Position numbers and translations under genes: made by a program | Notes under the pieces: generated by a model | What the model was told of the DNA's origin: nothing | Databases searched by the model: none | What the model saw: only the letters and a program-made list of their open reading frames with translations | Assembly (NCBI GenBank): GCA_003344405.1 | Contig: NOWV01000106.1 | Coordinates: 62,001 to 126,000, forward strand | Length of the DNA stretch: 64,000 nucleotides | Direction of reading: 5' to 3' | Source of the DNA: Trichoplax sp. H2 | Lineage: Eukaryota | In this document: in pieces, positions 1 to 11,441 of the stretch | Layout: each line of letters opens with the position of its first letter | How positions within the stretch are numbered: the stretch's first letter is position 1

Positions 1-346
1 CTAGTAAGCGGTGACCTTATCTTCATTTATCTATGATATAGGTCTGACTACCATAGGTAATAAGCGTATCTTGCACGTTGTCTCTAGACTGTACTGTCTC
101 TGTACAGTATCGCTTTGCTAATAGTCACTATCCAAAGACTAAAAAAGTACGTCTATGTCGATGACATTGGTTTCTATGCTGATTTCGATACTCATGCAAA
201 CACAGTATAACAGACAAGTATTTCTATTTTAGGGTATTCATGTTATAATGGCACTAGAGCTAAAAAAAATTCATAAGGAAACGTGAATAAGCTCTCGATT
301 CGTCTAGCTAAGGTAAATACTATACACCGCATGACATTTCATTGAC

Positions 347-1509
347 AAAATACACAAGGAATTGACAGTGTTTTTTTTTTAAAGTTAATCAAATTTACCC
401 GAGGCGAGAATTCCATTGGAAGAACGATCATTTTTGCCTTCTTTATGGTCTTCGCTATTAGCTTTAATACTTTCACTCATGCTCAAGTTAGTCAATATAG
501 TTTACTCTTAATAAAAAAACGATTTTAATTCAATATTTTATGGTGGCTTGGATCACCACACAGCCAAGTTTTCGTTGTTACGTCGAATCGTAGAGGAAGA
601 CGAAGGCGTGCTATCGAACGCAAGCGCGTGTATCGTACACAGGCGTATGAGGTGAAGGAACTTCAGGTACAGTACAGTACGTACTGGACGATGTTTCGAA
701 AGCTTCTAGCTAGATGAAAACATTACAGTACTGTACAGTACAGTACAGTACAACTACGGTACAGTATTGTACAGTACTGTACAGTACTGTACTGTACACC
801 AGCGTTTTCTCTCTTTTAGGTGTCCTCACTGTACCGTACCGTACTGTACTGTACTGTACTGTACTGTACAGCAATCTACAGTACAGTACAGTACTATCTG
901 TGACTTACTGTACTGTACTGTACAGTACAGTATGAGTAATATTGAGTACTGTATGTCTGAGCGGGACTGGATCGGGATTGACCGGATCGGTATCATTGGT
1001 CTAGAACTGCAGTAGACCTCAATGCTCCAATGCCCATTGACAAAGGCTACAAACACTCGAACAAGTTCAGTGCTGGTACAGTACTTGCATTTGAGTGTTA
1101 CCAATAGTGCAATTACAGCTACGTTGGTCTTTGTCTCGTCAACTTGCAGTATTGCATTGGCGCCAATAACATGATGGCAATGATGTTGCAGTCTAAACAA
1201 TAAGTTCTATACCAGGCACTACTGACAAGGAAGAGAGTACAGTACAGTAGTAAAAATAAGAGGCCGACTATTTTGCTGGTCATCTCAGCTAAACCGTATA
1301 TCTGAAAGGATAAACTGGACCACTATCCATCATCTTCATCCTGTTTGCTGATTTTGTACAGTGCATGACTGTAGAATAACCAGAAAAGTGATAATCCCCT
1401 TATTATTTTGCACTGAATCTACTGTACGGTGTACGGCAGTACAGTATCACTTCCACGATTGCTCTATCCTCGTCTTTATCATGGTACCGTGCTGATGTCT
1501 GTCCATCCA
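347..1509. repeat. Copy 1 of a ~1.1-kb near-identical direct duplication flanking an assembly gap
   Basis: Runs from AAAATACACAAGGAATTGAC (347) to GTCCATCCA (1509), directly before the N gap. The same sequence restarts at 1530. Confidence 0.95.
667..932. repeat. (GTACA/TGTAC)n pentanucleotide simple-repeat tract in mixed orientation
   Basis: Runs of CAGTA and its reverse complement TACTG. These produce the YCTVLYSTV-type ORFs. The counterpart in copy 2 is at ~1850-2080. Confidence 0.9.
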
Positions 1510-1529
1510 NNNNNNNNNNNNNNNNNNNN
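1510..1529. other. Assembly gap (20 N)
   Basis: Run of 20 N. Confidence 1.
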
Positions 1530-2637
1530 AAAATACACAAGGAATTGACAGTGTTTTTTTTTTTAAAGTTAATCAAATTTACCCGAGGCGAGAATTCCAT
1601 TGGAAGAACGATCATTTTTGCCTTCTTTATGGTCTTCGCTATTAGCTTTAATACTTTCACTCATGCTCGAGTTAGTCAATATAGTTTACTCTTAATAAAA
1701 AAACGATTTTAATTCAATATTTTATGGTGGCTTGGATCACCACACAGCCAAGTTTTCGTTGTTACGTCGAATCGTAGAGGAAGACGAAGGCGTGCTATCG
1801 AACGCAAGCGCGTGTATCGTACACAGGCGTATGAGGTGAAGGAACTTCAGGTACAGTACAGTACGTACAGGACGATGTTTCGAAAGCTTCTAGCTGGATG
1901 AAAGCATTACAGTACGGTACAGTACAGTACAACTACGGTACAGTACTGTACAAAGTACAGTACACCAGCGTTTTCTCTCTTTTAGGTGTCCTCCCTGTAC
2001 CGTACTGTACTGTACTGTACAGTACACTGTGTACAGGCGTACAGTACAGCAATCTACAGTACTATCTGTGACTTACAGTATGAGTATGTCTGAGCGGGAC
2101 TGGATCGGGATGGACCGGATCGGTATCATTGGTCTAGAACTGCAGTATACCTCAATGCTCCAATGCCCATTGACAAAGGCCACAAACACTCGAACAAGTT
2201 CAGTGCTGGTACAGTACTTGCATTTGAGTGTTACCAATAGTGCAGTTACAGCTACGTTGGTCTTTGTCTCGTCAACTTGCAGTACTGCATTGGCGCCAAT
2301 AACATGATGGCAATGATGTTGCAGTCTAAACAATAAGTTCTATACCGGGCACTACTGACAAGGAAGAGAGTACAGTAGTAAAAATAAGAGGCCGACTATT
2401 TTGCTGGTCATCTCAGCTAAACCGTATATCTGAAAGGATAAACTGGACTACTATCCATCATCTTCATCCTGCTTGCTGATTTTGTACTGTGCATGACTGT
2501 AGAATAACCAGAAAAGTGATAATCCCCTTATTATTTTGTACCGAATCTACTGTACGGTGTACGGCAGTACAGTATCACTTCCACGATTGCTCTATCCTCG
2601 TCCTTATCATGGTACCGTGCTGATGTCTGTCCATCCA
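1530..2637. repeat. Copy 2 of the ~1.1-kb duplication (probable second haplotype)
   Basis: Colinear with 347-1509. Differs by scattered SNPs (e.g. GCTCAAGTT vs GCTCGAGTT) and shorter GTACA tracts. Confidence 0.95.
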
Positions 2638-4060
2638 CTAAACCTTCATAGTTCATACTGTAACACTGACTAACTCCTATGCGTATTTCATGATCGCATT
2701 TGAATAGCATTTTTATTTATTTTATTTCGCAGTTGATAATTATAGTAATTGATCACTTTAAACTAAATTAAAGTCTGTAGACATATTATTGATCGACATT
2801 TCTCTTTTAATCAGACCTTTAAAATTGGTCATTTTACTCTTTCCAGAACGGAGTCTACCAGTCAGCCTAGTTGTTGTGACGAGTGTTCAACTAGTCATTT
2901 TTGTCCGTTTTAGAAGGCAATCACAACATTTTTGACGTCATCAGCATTCCCTACTAAAAACAATCAAGTCGTTGAATTTTTATATTTGACAATGAGAATA
3001 GAGTACAGTACAGTCATAAGTTTAGGAACTCCAGGCTGATTTAAAAGATATCCAATGATTGAATTCAAATAAAATAATGAGCATAATCCAATGAATATGC
3101 AAAGCTAGCACTGAGCTGAAAGTTGCAATCGCAACCAGTATACTGTACTCAGTGGTGTGCTGTTGGATGTTGTTTGGTAACATGCGCAGTAGGAGAAATG
3201 AAATTTTGCAGTAAGATATTGTACTGTACCACTAGAAGGAGGAAAGTTTTCTTTTCATTGATCTTTCATTCAAGCGATCCGTACGTGACTTGGTGGACGA
3301 ACAGTATCCACTACAACCTACAGTATTGTCTAGTACTGTACGCTTCTACTTCCAACAAAAGGTAAGGTGAGCGGGCGAGCAGGCCAGCTGGCCAGGGCAA
3401 CATTCAGACAGCAGGACAACAGTACAATCTCGTAGATACAGTACACATGCATGGACCAATGTCTCTACTGTATCCTATACTGTCCTGTACTGTCCTGTAC
3501 TGTATAAACGGTACAGTAAAGTACAGTACACAGTACATACTGTACGCGCATAGAGCTTACGGAAGAGTTAGTACTGTGCTTGCTTGCCTGATGTGACCTT
3601 GCTAAGCTAGCTTCAAGGTAACTTGGTGACTTGTGCACACCACTATGCATCACACGAGAGACCCCTCGAGGCTCTAATGCATCATACTACTGTAACGGTG
3701 TAGTCTACGCCCAAGGTGGTGCTTTTAAAGCGTGACGACCGCCCTGAAGCATCGATAAAAGGGTGGAAAGTACCGTACGGACGACGTCCATCACCAGTCT
3801 ATTTGTATTATCCGAGTGCAGTAGAGTATAATAAAGCGTTTAGCTAGTTGGAAATTTCTTTTCCTATACGTCAACTCTCTGTACTGTATTATAACCCTTC
3901 ATAACCTAGCAATCCTACCGCCATCAAGGAGGGAAAAAATCAAGATTGATATCCTCACCAATGTTGAACACTTTCTATACTATCAGCAAATAACGTCCAA
4001 AGTCAATCTCACTTGCGTCACCTGTGTTTGCATATCCAAATCAAGATACGTTAGATAAAA

Positions 4061-7000
4061 ATGAATAACGGTATTTCGATCGTCTTTTACGTCTGTGCCT
4101 TATCGGCTTGGATGATGCTATCGCCGGCGTCAGGTCAGTTGAGAGTGAGATATCCACAATTCATTTTTAATTTTTACTATTGGACCAATTTGTGTTACCA
4201 CTAGAATAGGATAATGGAAGTAATAGATGTTTTACCAAGCTTGATTTGAAAGTCAAATTGCACAAATAAAATTCCAATTTAGTACTACGGAAAAATGATG
4301 TTGCTGAGTATGCACTCAAACTGGCTGAACCAACGTCTTCTTTTCATTCTTTTGATATGCTATACTATCATCTGTATAAGAAGAAAGAGACACCACCTTT
4401 CATACAAAAGATGATACCATAGGGTAGTAGAGTAGAGAATCGTTTTTACTCCATGTGTATTGGCCATATTAACCTGAATTGATGAAGACGATCATTCAAG
4501 CAATGCAATCTACTTGTTGTCGTCTATCAAGACAGTATGAATGCTATTAACGTCGACTAGCTTGTAAAATATCCCACTACTTTTTCCCATATAACCCACA
4601 CGACGACAGAGTGTAGATTCCAATTAGTACATGGGACGATAAATCGCTATTTTAGTTAGCGTCATCGACAAGTATAATCGCACCGTTATTGTAATTGTCT
4701 AATTGAAACAAGTCGGTTATCATATTTCTATTTTTTCCCCTTATTATTGAGTACGCCATAGCTCTTTGCTTGTTGCAACAAATACTCAATCACATTACGC
4801 CTCTGAACTCCACCTCTAGAACAACTCTTACAGTTGCCGTATTAATATAGTATGATTAAAAAGAACCTGTCGGTACAGTTTGATAATTTTACTGTCATGT
4901 TGTAATAAAATTAAGGTAATAGAAATGGATATTAATAGCTAAAATGCATCATCGTGATTTAATGCCTAATTTGAAATTCTATTTTACCATACTACTCTAT
5001 CTTATGAAGTATTGTAGCGTAATACATGCTAAATGCTATTCCATTGAAGTCCCTTTCATCCAAAATACACAGATACTATTACTCACTTCATCTTAATGTC
5101 GATACTAGCATACGCAGTCCACTATGATATTTCGGATTACTTTGTTAGTGACGTTATTAATCCTGTACATGAATCGTCATTAATGCTTACTGTATGGGTA
5201 TACTGCAATCACCATCTTATTAAAAGGCCGTGGCCACCATTATTCCCGACCGTCTGATTCTATTATACCTTACGTAGACGAACGTTACTCTATTATCATC
5301 ATACTATCACGTATGAAATTCTACTTTAAATTGATATCGCATGAAAAAGTCGAAATGGCCTCTACCATAAAATGATCTTTACATACGTCTGTGCATCGGA
5401 TACAAATACTATTAGAATAATTATCGTCAAGCACTTTCCTAATTTTTTTTTTCTTCTCTTTACTTTATCATTATTAATGTCTAACTACCATTAAACAGTA
5501 GCATATCCCTACTCTGGTCACCATCGAATAGAATAATACGAGTACGCCAATATGCCTATACTGTTAATAAATGCTCTAAAACAGACATCTTGTTCTTCCA
5601 ATATACCCCATTGGAGTCCTATAGTATGACATAAACAAGAACAACATGGTGACACACAAAGGGAAATCAGTGAGCGGTACATTCCTATTATTAATTACAT
5701 TATTACTATACCATTCATCCATGCTTAAATACGTCCTGGCGATTTTTTCCACGGCATAAAAACTACACCACCAGCAGATTACTACGTGAAAAGTCTTAGA
5801 TACAAGTCAAAAAGTAAAAGTTGTTGTTATATTGCTTTTGTTATCCTGTCATCGCATGTCGTAGTATCTTGTAGTAGAGTTGCGTAATAAAGCGACGAGT
5901 ACTTCACTTAATGGAAATGATGGATACTGCATACTCTACTGTTGTAAAGTGTATAAAATTTATGGTTAAAAACGATAGATAATAAAGTATCAAGCATGAC
6001 GATCCCTACACGATAGATACTTCTTTCTCCCTCCCCAGTATAAACTATCCATCTATCAACCGAATTACTAGAATAATAATGCCAATCGTCACACGAGTCA
6101 GTAAGTTTAGTTCATGATGCGAGCGAACAGACGACAGTAGATTAGAAGCAGGAACTTCTGAAACTACTCTTTCTTTTTAGGGTTTCAGTAGTTCCTGTCA
6201 GAAGTACCACAAATGCACAATTATACACATAACTAAAAATGAACTATCTAATGAGACGAATATAAATATAATAGCTACCTAATTTAGTGGACTATGACAA
6301 TGTCCAGAAGTCATTACTGATTCTTGTATTTTGATTGATTGTATATTCCCGTTATGTAAAATCGACGCAATAGAACACACTCATATCATTTCTCAATGAT
6401 TTACTGGTTCACTTAGTCGATTTATTAATTATTACAATTATACTGTACTGGTAAGTGTATACCAATACTGGATGATTTACGGTTGGCTTACCCTGCAGCC
6501 TGGAGAAAAAATTTTTTTATTTCATGTGGAAAATGCACATAATACGAGCATACAGTATAATATAAAAAGGATCAATGAATAGTAAATCTATTCAACTCTC
6601 CAGAGCTGTAAAATATTGGCTATGCCTAGACAACGACGATATTATACTGTGTACATTGAATGCAATACAACAAAGGCTTTTTTAACGTAATAAATTTTTG
6701 TTCAAAAATTGGATCACGCTTCACAGTCAAATACATCAAAAAGAGAATATGCAGATTTGCTCCATAGCTATAAATAACTCAATAATTTACCAGTGATTAT
6801 GAATGACTTGCTATTATTAAACATTCCTTCCCCATGTAGTTAACTAACGGCACTGAAATGAATAAGGAGAATAAATTTTCTCTTCTGTTATGTGTCCAAT
6901 TGAACCAGTAGGAAGCTCTATAGCGCTGTAGTCAGTAAAAATATTCAATGCATGGCAGTACAGTGCAATGCTTCTGCATGAATGACGTCTTTACCAAGTA

Positions 7001-9170
7001 TGCAATAGCAACTGGAGAATAAATTACATATACGTATCGTCATTTATCACACCATGCATCAATTGAATTTGAGATGGAAGACAGCGTAGTATAAAGTATA
7101 TCTACCGAATTTTTTTCCCCAATATAATGTAAACGTTCAGTAATTACTTACACGGTATATTTTTCTTACTTATACCTGGATATGATATACTACACTAATG
7201 AATACTGTCCTGCTGTATCGCTAAATTTTACAACTTTATACCGTATTACTGAATTACGTATACTCTTCTGACAGTATACACAATGCTATTAATAAAAATG
7301 ATTCCTAGCCTCTTAGAACAACTATACGAGTTCCACTCACCTTAGGGTACGAGTAAATCATAAAATCAGAAACTATCAATACACCACAACTATGATCTGT
7401 CTGAATGAATTTGGTGCTGTTTGTATAATTAATTTTTTGTCACTAAAAAAATCGGTATCTTTGTAAGTCTGATCAATTGCTAAATTTCTAAATTGTTAAA
7501 AGTTAATTCATATTCTTTTTTCTATGTTCTCATAGCAATCCAGCCGGTGGGCAGTACAAATTATACGTTATCAAGTTTCGGAGGCAACGCAACACTATCT
7601 TGCAGTTTTTCTTCGAACACCAGTGGATTAACCGTTGTTTGGACACGCAATAATGTCCCAATCACTTTTTCACAAAAATACGAGATTATATCTACAGAAG
7701 AAAATGGAGATGCTATTACAAGCAATTTGACCATAACTAATAGCAACATAACTGATGCTGGTCTGTATACTTGTAGGGCTACTGATCAATCACAGGTGTC
7801 CTACTCAACCATTGTTTCGATTTTAGGTAAATAATACCATATAATAGCACCACTTAATTTTTATTATATTATCCTATGGATGTTTTAAAGTAATACCTTT
7901 ATTTTAAAATTAGAAAGTTAAAAAAATTAAAAGCATTACTAGATTTAAATTTCTTTTGTACTAGTAGGATAACTAAAATGGTTAAAAAATTTTAGAAATA
8001 CTACTTCTAATTAATATCACCCTCTCGTGTATCAGTTGTTAAATGATGACTAATTAAGTAAGCATATATTGACAATTTTTTCTATAGTATTACTGTCTGA
8101 TTTTTCAATCGTGAAATCATATCCTTAGCTACAAGATCTTATCAAGTCTCTTTATTAGCGAGACAATTCATTTTATCCTTCTTTACCTTAACTAATATTA
8201 ACAATGTAACACTACCTAAATTGTTAGAAGGATTCCAGCGACGATTATTTCAATGACACTATTGATGACTTGATTTCATGTCAACTTTCTTTGATTCATT
8301 TACAGTCAAACCACTTCAACTTGGAGAAATAACTGACTTTCAAAGGCTAGTTGTAGGGAGTAACGCCAGTATTACTTGTCGCATTCAAGCGTATCCATTA
8401 CCAACATTGACATGGAGGAAGGGAAATGTAGAACTGTCCAATAAAACATATAACGTTTCAACATCTCAATATAATATGACTACAACATTATCTCTAGCCA
8501 ATCTTAATTATACGGATCGAAGCTTATATTCTTGTATATTTATGAATGAAGCTGGCAATCATACAGAGACAGTTGATATTCGAGTCATGAGTAAGTAAAA
8601 TGAATCAATTCTATCTTTGTATTACTAATGTAACATTGTACATTTTCAGAGAATACACAGTATTATAATTACATCGGAATACGCCATGGCTAGTCTTAAT
8701 AATACCCTAGTACAATGTTATTAATTCGTATTATTATATATACCCGCAGATATATTTGCATATATCGGTAAATATATGCAAATCACAAAATGCTAGGGGA
8801 CTACTATATTTCGAATAGAAGACTTAATTTTAATCGTTAATACAAAGTTTGCTGAAAGCTGATCGGATTTGTACTGATAAATTTCCTGCTACCTTCATCC
8901 CTACCTTAATTAAAATTAACCAATCCAAAATCTTGGAACTATCCAAGAATGCAGTCATGAGATAATTATTTAAACAAACAAATCAATGGATGAGAAAAGT
9001 AGAACATTACAATTTTTATATCTAAATTAATAATTACATATTTATTGATTGATTGATTGATTCTAACAGGCAATCTAGCACCACTATGGCCCGCATTAGG
9101 CATCATATGTGAACTTGCTCTGGCAGCTGTGGCTTATTTAACCTATCATGGAAGGAAAGCGAAACTGTGA
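4061..9170 (+). CDS. BSG: Basigin/neuroplastin/embigin-family type I membrane protein (signal peptide, 2 Ig domains, TM with intramembrane Glu)
   Basis: Exons 4061-4133 (MNNGISIVFYVCALSAWMMLSPAS signal), 7536-7826 (Ig1: ATLSC..VVW..DAGLYTC), 8306-8590 (Ig2: SITC..AYPLPTLTW..YSC) and 9070-9170 (SNLAPLWPALGIICELALAAVAYLTYHGRKAKL*). All introns are phase-1 GT-AG. The TM resembles basigin LAALWPFLGIVAEV. Confidence 0.85.
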
Positions 9171-11441
9171 TTATTATTTATTCTTTTCCTAAAACCTTAT
9201 TTTGTAATTAATATGATAGTTATTTACAGCATTAATTGTATGTATGTAAGTTTCTTTCCTATATACTAGCAATATTTTATTACGATACAAAATTGTTCGC
9301 ATTATAAAACCTTGTAGTTGCATTTTATCAAATAGCAAATCTATCTTATCGTAACTAATTTAAACATTCTATAGTTTTCTGACCTCTTTTGATCACGTCT
9401 GATTATACTAAAGAGCTAATTTTTCTAGCAGTTAATTTTAAAGTTTCAATGTTTTTTGATAATTTGATATCTATTATAAATGACAGCACGATATGTAATT
9501 AAATGGGATAATATCTTCGGATCGCAATTAGTGTAGTAGTCAATTTCATACGTACAGTATATACGCTTGCATTATAATTTTAAGTTAAATTATCCATTTT
9601 CTTAAAACCTGTAGTCGAATTACTGCAAGATGTATAGCTTAACAAACAACACCCTGTATGCTATACAATTTAGCGAACATTGTACGGTTTACAGTTTGAG
9701 TATTTGCATAAGGAGCAATTCTATTATTATTGTAAACTACTATAATTGTGCATACCACCTGAATACGCTTAAATTTCTTAGCGATATTCGAAATCAGCTG
9801 TTATTTAATTTCGTTACTTGAATTCATATTCTTTCGTGTAAAATACAATCACTTGTTAAGTATTCTATCCTAATCAGCAGTCTTTCAAAATTTTATAAAG
9901 TAATAATTACATTAGACCGATCCAATGATACGAATATGAATATTTCACTAATGTTTGCGTGTAAAGATCCAATGTTAACCATACGCAGAAATGATTGAGT
10001 TATATTTGGATTTGTTATTATTTAAAATTTTCTATGTAGCTATTAAGATTTGGTATCATATTAACTGTAAAAATATGTACGACATGGTTTTACAGAAATA
10101 AGATATTAGTCAAGATATACTGATTAGCCACGACCAGTCGTAAGTTTATGTGTATTTGGATTATAGTGATGTAAATGTATCTACAGTATGGTATTATGTA
10201 TGTAGTCCATAGACTACTTAATGTTACTAGTACGAATTCCTATCATGAAATCTGTTGCAAGACGCACCCGCAATAACTAATTTCTTACCTTAATAAATGT
10301 TAATTTTTCTACATCTTTCATGACTATTATCCGTTACAAACCCAATAGCATATGGTAGGAAATGTCACCCTGTCGTTTACTAATATCACGTCATCCATCT
10401 ATCTATAAGAATTTTTCTATAAATTTTGGTGCACGTCGAGTATCTTCTCCTAATAATCTCCGTATAAATACCGCCTTTCACTCATGGTAGAAAATATCAC
10501 ATCATTTGTTATATGTACAGGTGAAAAATTGCTTGACTTATTTGTATCCAAAATAGGAGCCATTAACTCCTGTAAGTTGATTCACTCTTGATAATCCCTA
10601 ATTCATATTTAATACACTGCATGCTTTGTGATGAAAAAATTATGGTTATGTTAACTAACTATATTTAACTGAACGCTATCCGTCTGATTGTCACTGCTGA
10701 AATATATATATATAGTAATACTGATTTATTATACTAGGTACGAAAATATATCCATTCCTTGATACTTTCATTGAGTAAGAATGTATTGCAATACAGAACC
10801 ACATCTGTTATTTATTATAATCCATCTAAAAATGCAAGTATATTACCATGAAGTACATGAACTATTATTAATTTTTATAGAATTATTCGAAATGATAACT
10901 CTAATTACAACTTAATAGCAATCTTTGATTATTCCAGATGGTAAATACAAAACTCTGTTGGTACACCCATACTTGCTTGATATATTTAAATAACGTTAAA
11001 GGAATTCTTTCTAAGATAACAGTAATAATTACGACATTGATTTTCTAAGCTAAGAACAAATTACAATTATGGATGAAAGGCTAATATAGAAGAACCACTA
11101 GCAGCAATTTTGCTTATGCGCCATCATAGCTATCATACTATTGATCTCTATTGATTTACACTCGTTTTATGGACCTGTACAGTTTTGAAGTTTCCACATC
11201 GCATCAGCATATACTACTCGTAAATGACTATACACAATATTTCAATATCATTTATGCAACGATTTAGAATGTTCCACAGCAATAATTATTAATAATTAAT
11301 TACAAATGAAGTAAATAATGTTCTAACCCAATATGCTCAAAGAGAAAGTATATATCAAAACTAGTTTCATGAGGCAGAAACAAACGATCGTGATATTAGT
11401 AGTCTGTTGGGAGATACATGCATGTATATATCAACAATGCG

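Noticed and set aside
714-1015. ORFs 714-935 and 767-1015 (YCTVLYSTV-rich)
   Set aside because: They are translations of the GTACA pentamer tract, which lacks stops in several frames.
1403-1660. ORF spanning the N gap
   Set aside because: Artefact of reading through Ns across a contig junction.
826-2333. Minus-strand ORFs MFRLQHHCHH... present twice (826-1200, 2073-2333)
   Set aside because: The recurrence is explained by the duplication, not by conservation. No recognisable domain.
4134-7535. Hidden third Ig exon (as in long basigin/neuroplastin isoforms) in the 3.4-kb first intron
   Set aside because: I found no phase-1 exon with Ig Cys/Trp spacing by eye. It cannot be fully excluded without RNA-seq.
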